A program made the translations under genes and the position numbers. 56,019 nucleotides of DNA, from the IMG/VR virus record IMGVR_UViG_3300036402_000107, positions 1 through 56,019 of that record. One strand, given 5' to 3'. This document shows positions 1 through 8,777 of the stretch, in pieces. Each line of letters opens with the position of its first letter. The first letter of the stretch is position 1. The notes under the pieces are model-generated. The model was not told where the DNA came from, did not search any database, and worked only from the letters and a program-made list of their open reading frames with translations. The DNA comes from a virus (Duplodnaviria; Caudoviricetes).

Positions 1-1
1 G

Positions 2-1177
2 CTGGCCCGTGCTGTCGTGTTCGGCCCGATCCTCTCCAGCGACCTCACCTTCGAGTCCGACGACGACACCCCTCCGCTCGTCGTCGACTTCATCCGATCG
101 CAATACGAGGGCGTCGCCCCCAGCCTGCGTGAGCAGCTCCTCCGCTCGCTCGACTTCGGTGCCCGCTCGCTCGAGCAGTCCTACACCCCCGTCAACTTCC
201 AAGGCCGTCCGCTCGTGGGCATCAAGCGGTTCAAGCCGCTCCGCCCCGAGAACACGCAGGTGCTCGTCGATCCGGACACCGGGGACTACGCGGGTCTCCG
301 CAACGGTGCCGTCGATCTCCTCCCCGAAGAGACGCTGCACTTCGCGTACGACATGGAGGACGACGACTACTACGGGCGTGCTCGCCTCGAGAACGTGCGG
401 GAACGGGCTTGGTGGCCGCACTACTGCCTCGAGAAGAGGCTCGGCCAGCTCGCACAGAAGGTGAGCCAGATCATCCCGATCGTCAAAGGCCCGCTCTCCT
501 CACGCGAGAAGGACACGGAAGGGAACGAGATCAGCGGCTACGACGCGGGCATGGCCCTGCTCAACGCCCTGATCACCGGCGACGGCGTGATGGTCGAGAA
601 CATGGCGTCTTCCATCGACGACGTGATCGGCAACCCGGAACTTGCCAAGATGGCGAAGTGGGACGTCGAGCCGTACGACACCGGGCAGAGTGCGACCGGG
701 ATCAGCGGGATCATCGAAGGTCTCCGCTACTACGACTCGCTCAAGCTGCGTGGCATGCTCCGCCCGGAACGCACCGCCACGGAGGGCCAGCACGGCACCA
801 AGGCGGAAGTCGCCGAGCAGGCGGACGTCGGTCTGGCGGAGGGCGACTCGCTGCACCGCCGGATGCTGCAGGTGATCAACTGGCACAGCGTCAACCGCCT
901 GCTCCTGTGGAACTTCGGCGAGCGGATGGTCGGCAAGGTGCGTCTCGTGGGCTCGCCGCTCATCGACGAGAAGAAAGCGATCTTCCGCTGGATCTGGACG
1001 ACGCTCCTCGCAAATCCGGCTGTCCTCGACCTCGTGGTCGCGAACCTCGACCTCGACGCGATCGCCGAGACTCTAGGCGTGCCGCTCATCGCCTCCGTGA
1101 ACGTGCCTGAGAACAGCCTCGTCACTCCGCCCGTCAACCCGGCACTGGCCGACAACGTGATCGCCGCCGCCGCATGA
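2..1177 (+). CDS. Portal protein (Mu gp29/DUF935-like), 5'-truncated; N-terminus is at the window end (55846-56019)
   Basis: Frame is open from position 2 (LARAVVFGPI...). On the circle it lies between TerL and the MuF-like gene. C-terminal 'TEGQHGTKAE' resembles DUF935 portals. Confidence 0.8.
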   Translation: MARAVVFGPILSSDLTFESDDDTPPLVVDFIRSQYEGVAPSLREQLLRSLDFGARSLEQSYTPVNFQGRPLVGIKRFKPLRPENTQVLVDPDTGDYAGLRNGAVDLLPEETLHFAYDMEDDDYYGRARLENVRERAWWPHYCLEKRLGQLAQKVSQIIPIVKGPLSSREKDTEGNEISGYDAGMALLNALITGDGVMVENMASSIDDVIGNPELAKMAKWDVEPYDTGQSATGISGIIEGLRYYDSLKLRGMLRPERTATEGQHGTKAEVAEQADVGLAEGDSLHRRMLQVINWHSVNRLLLWNFGERMVGKVRLVGSPLIDEKKAIFRWIWTTLLANPAVLDLVVANLDLDAIAETLGVPLIASVNVPENSLVTPPVNPALADNVIAAAA

Positions 1178-3471
1178 CCCAGCAGCTCCGCAAAGCCCTG
1201 CAGATGGAAAAGGATCGCCTCCGCTACGAGGCGATCGGGATGATCCATGCCCGTGCCGCCGCCGCCCGTGCCCGGGGTGCCGTGCTCCGTACGTGGCTCC
1301 GCACCGGCGACGCGGGGGCGGTGCAGACCGCACTGGCCGTCCACCTCTCCCCGCTGATCCCCCTCGTCACGGACGGGATGATCGCGGGGCATCTCGCGGG
1401 CGTCTCCCGGACTCAGGAGAGCGTCGTGGAGCGTGGGGAGGGTCGTCGGGGCATCCGGCTGTCCTCCGCGTACGAGAACGCCCTCCGCTTCCTAAGAGAG
1501 CGTACCGGGATGACGGCGGAGCAGCAGGAGAGCTTACGCCTACGCTACGACACGGCGGCGACGCAGGTGGTCGCCGGTGCCACCAAGCAGGCTCAGGACA
1601 AGGTGAGCCAAGCGATCCGCGAGAGCATCGAGGCTGGCGACGGCGTCAAGCGTGGTAGCACCAAGGTCGCCGCCGCAATGGAAGCGGCGGGGCTGGGAGC
1701 ACAGAAGAAGCACACCCTCGAACAGGTCTTCCGGACGCAGACGCAGCTGGCCTACTCCGCCGGGCGGATGAACAGCTTGAGCGACCCGGCGATTCAGGAG
1801 ATCCTGTGGGGCTTCGAGTACGTGACCGTTGGCGACTCCCGCGTACGCCCCGCCCACTGCGAGATGGACGGCCACAAGGCACCGAAGGAAGACCCGATCT
1901 GGTCGAGGTGGACTCCGCCCAACGGCTATAACTGCCGCTGTGCGATCCTCGAGATCTTCGACGGCGGGACGCCTTCAACCAAGACGCCGGACGTCCAGCC
2001 CGACAAGGGCTTCGCGTTCAACCCGGGCGACCTCACCGAGGGCGTGGTGGAGGCGTCGACACCGCAGCCCGTGCTGAAGCCGATGAACACGCACCCGTCC
2101 GCTCCTCCCCCGGGAGCGTCGGGCAGCCAGACGGCACCGGCGGAGTACGACGCCGAGTACGAGATGTGGGCGAACACGCTCACTAAGGACGAGTTCAGGG
2201 CTCTGCGGGAATGGGAAGCGAACCCTGCAGCGATGGCCGACATACGTCAAGTGAGTGCTGGCCTTCCTCCCCTCTACGAGTCGCAGCAGACGGCACGCGA
2301 GAACTACGACCTCTTCACGACTGCGGCCTCGAAGTGCCCGCCGTTCGAGGGCGTCACCTACCGTGGTCTGGCCGACCCGCCCAAAGAACTGATGGATCAG
2401 CTCACGAACGTCGGGGGCGAGGTCTCGATCGACAAGTACTCGTCGGCGACGAAGTCCCGCAACGCGGCGGAGTGGTACGCTTCCCGCGTTCGTGCCATGG
2501 AGCTTGGGGAGGACGTCCCGGCACGGGTCTCCGTCGTCATGAAGATGAAGACCAAGACCGGGATGGATCTCGCGGGCATCACCGGGCAGAAGGCGTCCGA
2601 GGAGGTCGTGCTCCGCCCCGGCGTCCGGTACCGGGTCGTCGGCAAGCCCGTCACCGTCACCAGCCGGATGAAGGATCTGGAGACCAAGGAGGAGAAGAGC
2701 GTCACCTACCAGCAGGTCGAGCTTGAGGAGGTGGATCCCGCCGCTCCCCCCGCACCCACCAAGAACACGCCGGTCATCGCCCCCGCCGCAGAGGAAGCTA
2801 AGCCGGGCGACAAGCCGAAACCTCAACCCGGTCGGTACACCGGAACGTTAACCTACTCTTCGGCGTCGTCCGAGCAGACCCTAACAGACGCACTTAGGGG
2901 TTCAGGGCTAAAGACCGATGACCCTCACGTCGCCATCGCCGCGATGGTGCCCGACGCAGCCCGCTTCCCCGTCTTGAAGGTGCACGCCACGAAGGACGGA
3001 ATCAACGTGAAGGCAGTCACCGGGGACGGGAGCAGGATCGACCGAACCATCCGCTCCATCGGTGGCAGGCCGGTCATGATTAACAACGAGTTCTACATTC
3101 CTAAGGAAGCACAGGGCAAGGGGTACGGCACGCAGTTCTTCTCCGATCAAGTCGAGAATGCACAGCGGGTCGGGATAGCGGAGATCAGAACTTCAGCAGC
3201 TAGAAGTGGCACAGAAAACGGTTACTACACGTGGCCCCGTCTCGGTTACGATGCGAAGCTCGAAGACTTCCGCGACTACCTCCAAGCACGACTACCTGCA
3301 GGCTTTTCATGGACCCAGAACATAAGCGATCTCATGGCGACGCCGGAAGGGCGAGCTTACTGGAAGAAGTGGGGAACCGACGCGTACCTCAAGTTCGACC
3401 TCGACCCCGATAGTCTGTCGCTAAAGGTGCTCAAAGCGTACAAGGCGGAGAAGGCGAAGCGGAATGGCTAA
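1174..3471 (+). CDS. MuF/SPP1 gp7-like minor head protein with ADP-ribosyltransferase and GNAT-like C-terminal domains
   Basis: MuF motifs 'FRTQTQLAYSAGR', 'YVTVGDSRVRPAH', 'PPNGYNCRC'. ART R-S-E motifs 'YRGL', 'YSSAT', 'SEEVVLRPG'. GNAT-like 'QGKGYGTQFF...GYYTWPRLGY'. Confidence 0.85.
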   Translation: MTQQLRKALQMEKDRLRYEAIGMIHARAAAARARGAVLRTWLRTGDAGAVQTALAVHLSPLIPLVTDGMIAGHLAGVSRTQESVVERGEGRRGIRLSSAYENALRFLRERTGMTAEQQESLRLRYDTAATQVVAGATKQAQDKVSQAIRESIEAGDGVKRGSTKVAAAMEAAGLGAQKKHTLEQVFRTQTQLAYSAGRMNSLSDPAIQEILWGFEYVTVGDSRVRPAHCEMDGHKAPKEDPIWSRWTPPNGYNCRCAILEIFDGGTPSTKTPDVQPDKGFAFNPGDLTEGVVEASTPQPVLKPMNTHPSAPPPGASGSQTAPAEYDAEYEMWANTLTKDEFRALREWEANPAAMADIRQVSAGLPPLYESQQTARENYDLFTTAASKCPPFEGVTYRGLADPPKELMDQLTNVGGEVSIDKYSSATKSRNAAEWYASRVRAMELGEDVPARVSVVMKMKTKTGMDLAGITGQKASEEVVLRPGVRYRVVGKPVTVTSRMKDLETKEEKSVTYQQVELEEVDPAAPPAPTKNTPVIAPAAEEAKPGDKPKPQPGRYTGTLTYSSASSEQTLTDALRGSGLKTDDPHVAIAAMVPDAARFPVLKVHATKDGINVKAVTGDGSRIDRTIRSIGGRPVMINNEFYIPKEAQGKGYGTQFFSDQVENAQRVGIAEIRTSAARSGTENGYYTWPRLGYDAKLEDFRDYLQARLPAGFSWTQNISDLMATPEGRAYWKKWGTDAYLKFDLDPDSLSLKVLKAYKAEKAKRNG

Positions 3472-3679
3472 GAAGACCAACGAGATCCCGCTCACCAGAG
3501 ACGACGAAGCCGCCCTGAACGTGGCGTGGGAGTCCATCGGGCCGTCCTACGTGAAGGGCTACAATGACGGCGACGCCGGACGACAGATACAAGACGTTCT
3601 CGACGCCGACTACCTGCGTGGCTACCAAGACGGAAGCGACGTCCGCTCTCGCCGCAAGACTTCACCCCGACGTCGATAG
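3464..3679 (+). CDS. Small hypothetical protein, possible immunity partner of the MuF toxin domains
   Basis: 71 aa ORF overlapping the MuF stop; repeated 'Y.KGY.DG / YLRGYQDG'. Confidence 0.5.
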   Translation: MAKKTNEIPLTRDDEAALNVAWESIGPSYVKGYNDGDAGRQIQDVLDADYLRGYQDGSDVRSRRKTSPRRR

Positions 3680-3753
3680 TTACAATGCCACATGGACCTC
3701 TTTACTTACGGCTGGCGGGGCGGGCGAGGACTAAACGTCTGCGTACCTCTCGC

Positions 3754-5178
3754 ATGCCGACGCACAAGACCGTCAAGGTCGGCGGAAAGCGAAAGCAGTT
3801 CCCGGTCGCGTACTTCTGGAAGGACGTAATCGGCGTCGGCAAGTTCCGCCACCCGATCACCGGCCAGACGTTCGAAGTCGACGAGAAGAGGATCGACGGC
3901 TGGGTCAGGAAGTACGAGAAGATGCGTGAGCAGGGGATCGAGATCCCGACGCCGGTAGACCACAGCGACAACGCCGAAGACAATCGGGGTTTCGTGGTCG
4001 GTGCCCGGCGTGTTGGTGATAAGCTTCAGCTTCTCCACCAAGTGATCGGTGAGGACGGAGCACGGCTGGCGTGCCGCAACCGTTGCTCCGTCTACATCGA
4101 CCCCGAGTTTATGGACGAGCACGGCAAGAACTGGGGCGAGGCGATCGCCCATTCGGCATTCACACCCAAACCGGTCATCAGCGGACAGGGCGAGTTCGTC
4201 CCGTTCGCGGCAAGCCGGGCTACCGGTTCGGGTAAGACACGGAAAGTCCCGGTGTTCTACCTATCGCGTTCGAAGGAGTCAGACATGGCAGCGAAGATGA
4301 AGCCCGGTAAGCGTCGCGGGAAGAAGGGCAACAGCGAGAGCAAGCTCTCGCCCAAGAAGGCCAAGAAGGTGCGAAAGCTCCTCAGCATCGAGGACGACGA
4401 GGAGGTCACCGACGAGGAACTCCTCAAGCGTCTGGCGTCCCACCCGGCGATCGCCAAGGCCGCGAAGAGGGCGGTCTCGGGCGACGACGAGGAAGAGGAC
4501 GACGACGATGAACTCGTCGATGAGGAGGAGGACACGGACGAGGACGACGCCGACGACGAGTCGGACGAGGACGACGAGGAGGAGGACGACGACGCGGAAG
4601 CCGACGACGAACTCGAGGAGGACGACTCCGACGAGGACGCCGACGACGAAGAGGACGACGAGGACGAGGACGACACCAAGAAGAAGAAGCGGAGCAAGAA
4701 CCGCAAGCGTATCCTCGCCGAGCGGAGCAAGAACCGCAAGCGGGAACTCGTGGGCAGCATCGGCTCCCTGTCCCGCGTCCCCAAGGGTGCTGACCCCACG
4801 ACCCTGACGCTCCTGCGTCGCTCCTTCAAGACCGAGCGGCAGAAGCTCATCGCCAAGGGTGCCATCACCCCGGAGGTCGATCAGGCTCTCTGCGACCTGC
4901 TGTTCAGCGGCAAGCAGTTCAACGGGCTCGCCCTCTCGCGGATGCCCGGCTCCGAAGACCCGCTCGCCTTCCGCCTGTACAGCATCCTGAAGAAGAACAA
5001 GCCGGTGCCGATGAACGGCGGACGCACCGGGAATCAGGAGGCGATCGCCCTTGGCCGCAAGGTCGTCGGCAGGAACGGCGGCGTGCTCTCCCCGCGTGAC
5101 CGCGAGGCCCTCCGCGAGGAAGTCCGGGCACAGATGGGCGTCGCCTCCAAGAAGAAGGCCAAGAAGGACGACGAGTAA
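3754..5178 (+). CDS. Capsid maturation protease/scaffold (Mu gpI-like)
   Basis: Lies before decoration and capsid genes. 'PTPVDH...NRGFV', 'CSVYIDPEF...AIAHSAFTPKPVI'. Long acidic tract. Start uncertain (3685 or 3754). Confidence 0.7.
   Translation: MPTHKTVKVGGKRKQFPVAYFWKDVIGVGKFRHPITGQTFEVDEKRIDGWVRKYEKMREQGIEIPTPVDHSDNAEDNRGFVVGARRVGDKLQLLHQVIGEDGARLACRNRCSVYIDPEFMDEHGKNWGEAIAHSAFTPKPVISGQGEFVPFAASRATGSGKTRKVPVFYLSRSKESDMAAKMKPGKRRGKKGNSESKLSPKKAKKVRKLLSIEDDEEVTDEELLKRLASHPAIAKAAKRAVSGDDEEEDDDDELVDEEEDTDEDDADDESDEDDEEEDDDAEADDELEEDDSDEDADDEEDDEDEDDTKKKKRSKNRKRILAERSKNRKRELVGSIGSLSRVPKGADPTTLTLLRRSFKTERQKLIAKGAITPEVDQALCDLLFSGKQFNGLALSRMPGSEDPLAFRLYSILKKNKPVPMNGGRTGNQEAIALGRKVVGRNGGVLSPRDREALREEVRAQMGVASKKKAKKDDE
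4285..5178 (+). CDS. Nested in-frame scaffold protein (internal start)
   Basis: AAGGAG at 4273-4278 six nt before in-frame ATG 4285, just after the protease-like domain, as in Mu gpI/gpZ. Confidence 0.6.
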   Translation: MAAKMKPGKRRGKKGNSESKLSPKKAKKVRKLLSIEDDEEVTDEELLKRLASHPAIAKAAKRAVSGDDEEEDDDDELVDEEEDTDEDDADDESDEDDEEEDDDAEADDELEEDDSDEDADDEEDDEDEDDTKKKKRSKNRKRILAERSKNRKRELVGSIGSLSRVPKGADPTTLTLLRRSFKTERQKLIAKGAITPEVDQALCDLLFSGKQFNGLALSRMPGSEDPLAFRLYSILKKNKPVPMNGGRTGNQEAIALGRKVVGRNGGVLSPRDREALREEVRAQMGVASKKKAKKDDE

Positions 5179-5243
5179 GCCTCGAGGCGTCCTAACGTAA
5201 GAGACCACTAGGGGGAAGACACAAGGAAAGAAGGACAGTTACC

Positions 5244-5771
5244 ATGAACCCGATGACGATTCTGCTTCTCATCATCACCATCGCCGCACTGCTGCTCGTG
5301 CTCGGCATGGCGACCCCGGGCATCGGCCCCCGCCCCTACGGTGCCAAGACCGGTGCCCCGCTCCGCGTCTCCGCTGACGGCCAGCCCCGGGCGGTCGTGG
5401 GCGGCATCACCATCGATTGGACGGACGCCAACATACCGACTGGAGCGGCGGGCACCGGCACGACGCTCTTGGACGGTACCTACGTCCCGCCCGGCGTCAA
5501 GTACCTCCGTCTTGGCTCGGTCGTCTTCTGGACGGTCACGGCCAACAAGCGGGACAAAGCCAAGGTCGCCCTGACCGCCACCGCCCTCGTCCGCGACCGC
5601 ACCGCCGTGCTCAACGAGACGGTGGTCGAGGGCGAACAGATGGACCTGCACGCGGGCGGTGCCTTCTACGGCGGGCGAGTCTTCCGCCAGCGTCTCAACG
5701 TCGGCGGTGCGTGGCCCACGGAGGCGGCGTTGCTCACCGCCTGCCCGCTGCTCGAACTCGTCGAGGACTAA
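5244..5771 (+). CDS. Head decoration protein (putative)
   Basis: Between scaffold and capsid; 'GGITIDW', 'G.KYLRLGSV'. SD-like AAGGA upstream. Confidence 0.55.
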   Translation: MNPMTILLLIITIAALLLVLGMATPGIGPRPYGAKTGAPLRVSADGQPRAVVGGITIDWTDANIPTGAAGTGTTLLDGTYVPPGVKYLRLGSVVFWTVTANKRDKAKVALTATALVRDRTAVLNETVVEGEQMDLHAGGAFYGGRVFRQRLNVGGAWPTEAALLTACPLLELVED

Positions 5772-5848
5772 CGCAGGACTCGACCGAAACGCGTAAGAGT
5801 GAAGGCCGGTGACGGCCACGAACCGAGACAACGAACAAGGACAGTACA

Positions 5849-6961
5849 ATGGCTCAAGGTTATGACCTACTGGCCGTCACGAGGGTGAACGAGATCACTC
5901 AGACCGTGGCGGAAGAACTCGAGATCCCGGGCTCGCTCCGGTTTCTCGACCGCACGCCCGTGGTCGCCGCCGAAGACGGCGAGATCATGGGGACGCACGA
6001 AGCGTACGTCGTGAGTGCCGACATCGTTGCCGACGATCAGGCGGCAGTCGTGCGTCAGGGCGGACGCTTCGTGCTCAACACGTCGGCGATCCCGAACATA
6101 AAGCAGGGCTCGCACATCACGCAGAGCATGCTGAACTTGCTGCGGCGGATCAACGCCGGTGGCGGCATCCCGAGCGACCGGGGTCTGATCACCGGCTACG
6201 TGACCCGGGAGATGCAGGCCAAGATCGTCTCCAACCGCATCATGATGAACCGCATGATCGCGGGCATGATGACCGATCTCTTCAGCTACACGAAGAACGG
6301 CATCATCTACGCCAACGTCTCGTGGGGCATGCCCGCCGACCTGAAGTTCAACCCGGCCACGCTCTGGACGATCGCGAACAAGGCGACGGCGACGCCGATC
6401 ACCGACCTGCAGCTGTACCTGTCGTACGCACAGCAGACCTACGGCGAGGTCTACAACCGCATCACGCTGTCGCAGACGCTCTTCAACAACGTGGTGGCGA
6501 CGGACAACTTCCGCACGTTCGCCCAGCTGTTCACGTCCGCTGCGAACTCCACCGCGACGTTCCCCACCAACGTCGGCTCCGTGATGCGTCCGCTCTTCGA
6601 GCAGGTCACCGGCCTGCAGGTCGAGATCGAGGACAACGTGTTCCGCGACGAGAACAACGACGGCACCGCAACCACGCAGCGTTTCCAGCCCGTCAACGTC
6701 GCGTACCTCTCGAACTCCGGCGACGACAACAACGCGGGCGTCTTCGACTTCGCCAACGCCATCGTCAACGAGACCGAGGTCGGGATCGTCCCGGGCACGC
6801 AGGTCATCGGGGGCGGGTTCGCCGCCCCGCAGTACGGCCCGGTCGGCTACGCCACCATCAAGGGCGACCTCAACCCCCCGCAGGTCACCCTGTGGGCGGT
6901 CACGCGTGGCTTCCCCCGCAAGAAGCGGGTCACGGCCACCGCCCGGATCACGGCCTACTAG
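5849..6961 (+). CDS. Major capsid protein (lambda gpE-like family)
   Basis: 370 aa, highly biased codons, SD AAGGA, follows decoration gene; 'WGMPADLK...W...ATPITDL'. Confidence 0.8.
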   Translation: MAQGYDLLAVTRVNEITQTVAEELEIPGSLRFLDRTPVVAAEDGEIMGTHEAYVVSADIVADDQAAVVRQGGRFVLNTSAIPNIKQGSHITQSMLNLLRRINAGGGIPSDRGLITGYVTREMQAKIVSNRIMMNRMIAGMMTDLFSYTKNGIIYANVSWGMPADLKFNPATLWTIANKATATPITDLQLYLSYAQQTYGEVYNRITLSQTLFNNVVATDNFRTFAQLFTSAANSTATFPTNVGSVMRPLFEQVTGLQVEIEDNVFRDENNDGTATTQRFQPVNVAYLSNSGDDNNAGVFDFANAIVNETEVGIVPGTQVIGGGFAAPQYGPVGYATIKGDLNPPQVTLWAVTRGFPRKKRVTATARITAY

Positions 6962-6972
6962 CCCGTGGTTGG

Positions 6973-7018
6973 CCGGAGGGCGTCCCCGAGGCTCAGGGAG
7001 CGACGGGACGCCCTCCGG
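6973..7018 (+). terminator. 14-bp hairpin after the capsid gene (terminator or mRNA stabiliser)
   Basis: CCGGAGGGCGTCCC (6973-6986) / GGGACGCCCTCCGG (7005-7018); no clear U-tract. Confidence 0.5.
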
Positions 7019-7085
7019 GGTATGCGATGGGGGTCACAGCGGTACAGAAGCTCCGAGACACTAGCACGTACGAAAGGAAGAAGTC

Positions 7086-7646
7086 ATGGCAGGCACGATG
7101 AGCAGGCAGCAGATGCAGGAACTGATCGAGGGTGGACAGTCCGTCTCCTACGGGGGGCGGATCATCCGCGACGTTCGCGACCTCCCCGCCGAGGAGGAGA
7201 TCGCCGTCACCGCCGCCGAGAAGCGGACGGCGATCCAGTCGCTCAAGCAGCAGCACGCCGACCTTGGCGAGCGGATCAAGCTGGCGGAGGCCGACGCCGA
7301 CGAGACCGAGAAGCGGGAGGCGGAGCACCGGCCGAGCAGCACGCCCAAGCCGAACGTCGCCCCCGTCACGCACACCATGGGTGGACAGCCGGCCAACCCG
7401 GTCACGACCCAGCAGCCCCCGGTGACCCGGACGGACGGCAACGTCGGCCCGGTCAAGACCGACGAGGGCACCGGCGAGGGCGAGGATCGCGTCGTCGCGA
7501 ACCGCAAGCTCTCGACCTACCGCAAGGCCGTCGAGAAGGCCGGTGTCGTCAACCGAGACGAGGTCGTCAAGTTCCTCGAAGAGAAGTACGAGGGCGTCGG
7601 CAAGGTTACGGCGGAGGAGATTGCGGACGCCCTCTCCGCCAAGTAG
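7086..7646 (+). CDS. Hypothetical virion-associated protein with C-terminal HhH-like motif
   Basis: SD AAGGA; 'EGVGKVTAEEIADAL' resembles a helix-hairpin-helix. Confidence 0.55.
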   Translation: MAGTMSRQQMQELIEGGQSVSYGGRIIRDVRDLPAEEEIAVTAAEKRTAIQSLKQQHADLGERIKLAEADADETEKREAEHRPSSTPKPNVAPVTHTMGGQPANPVTTQQPPVTRTDGNVGPVKTDEGTGEGEDRVVANRKLSTYRKAVEKAGVVNRDEVVKFLEEKYEGVGKVTAEEIADALSAK

Positions 7647-7652
7647 TCGCCG

Positions 7653-8255
7653 ATGGCCGTCCTCACTCTACAAGTTCGGGACGCGGAAGCTAGACGGGTC
7701 ATCGCTGATGCGGTGAAGATCCTGCGGCAGGGCGGAGATGGTCCCATGAAGGACTATTTCCGTCGTGCCGCAGCCCGCTATCTGGCCTTCATCCGTGCCC
7801 GCTACGTCCGTGCGTCCCGTGGCGACGGAACGTGGAAACCGCTGGCCCTCTCCACCAAGATCAAGCGGCTCCGCCGTCAGCACGGCAAGCGTTTCCACTC
7901 CGTGGTGAGGGCCGCACCGGGCAAGTCACGTGGCGAGCAGCTGGCGTCCCTCGCCGCCGGGACGAGCTTCGCGATCCTGAGGGACACCAGCACTCTCTTC
8001 GGCTCGCTGACCGAGGGTGCACCGGGGAACTCGATCGACTACGTACGCGACGGCATCCTGATCGGCACCAAGGTCTTCTACGCCAAGTACCATCAGGAAC
8101 CGAGCGTGCCGGGCCGTCCGCCCGTCCGCCAGATCTTCGTGCAGCCCGACGCGGCCACGGAGCAGGCGATCGCGATAGAACTAGCCAACGGCATCGTTGC
8201 CGCATTCGGCGGGACGCCGCCAGCAGGAGCAAGCAGTGGCGGAAGCACCCCTTGA
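7653..8255 (+). CDS. Virion morphogenesis/tail completion protein (Mu gpG-like)
   Basis: 'WKPLALST', 'ILRDTSTLFGSL', 'IGTKVFYAKYHQ...P.R' match this family. Confidence 0.7.
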   Translation: MAVLTLQVRDAEARRVIADAVKILRQGGDGPMKDYFRRAAARYLAFIRARYVRASRGDGTWKPLALSTKIKRLRRQHGKRFHSVVRAAPGKSRGEQLASLAAGTSFAILRDTSTLFGSLTEGAPGNSIDYVRDGILIGTKVFYAKYHQEPSVPGRPPVRQIFVQPDAATEQAIAIELANGIVAAFGGTPPAGASSGGSTP

Positions 8256-8763
8256 TTTCTTCTCGACTCTGCACCGGGCGGTCTGGGCCGCGTTGCAAGA
8301 CTACCAGCCCTTCACCGAACTCGTCGCCGTCCGCAACCGCGTGGACATGACCGACGACGAGTTCGAGTCCTTCCCGCCCAACGCCACCGAGGACGGCACC
8401 CCCGAACTCGTGGTCATCCAAGGCGGGTTCTCGCAGGGGTCATTCAAGACCTCAGACGCAGGCTGCGGGAGAACGCAGACGTTCGCGTTGCTGGTGACCT
8501 CGAACAGGTTGAACCCGAGGGAGATGAACCGCGTAAAGGAGGCGATGCTCGACGCCCTCCTCATGAAGGGCCAGACGCTGGGCTTGACCCAGCCGGTAAA
8601 CGGTAACAAGGTAATCGGGTGGAGCGTGGCAGGCGACGACGTGCTGCTGGCCGGTGCTTCGGAGGCACCGGGAGAAGACCGGGCAGGACAGCTTCGCTCC
8701 CAGTCGATCGGTCGCGTGACCGTCACTTTCATGAAGAACCTGCCCAAGAGGTCAAACCTGTAG
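8236..8763 (+). CDS. Putative tail terminator/completion protein
   Basis: AGGAG then GTG at 8236; immediately upstream of the tail tube gene. Confidence 0.45.
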   Translation: MAEAPLDFFSTLHRAVWAALQDYQPFTELVAVRNRVDMTDDEFESFPPNATEDGTPELVVIQGGFSQGSFKTSDAGCGRTQTFALLVTSNRLNPREMNRVKEAMLDALLMKGQTLGLTQPVNGNKVIGWSVAGDDVLLAGASEAPGEDRAGQLRSQSIGRVTVTFMKNLPKRSNL

Positions 8764-8777
8764 GAGAAGCAAAGCCA

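Noticed and set aside
4257-4868. Poly-Ser ORF on the minus strand
   Set aside because: Mirror of the GAC/GAG acidic tract in the scaffold gene.
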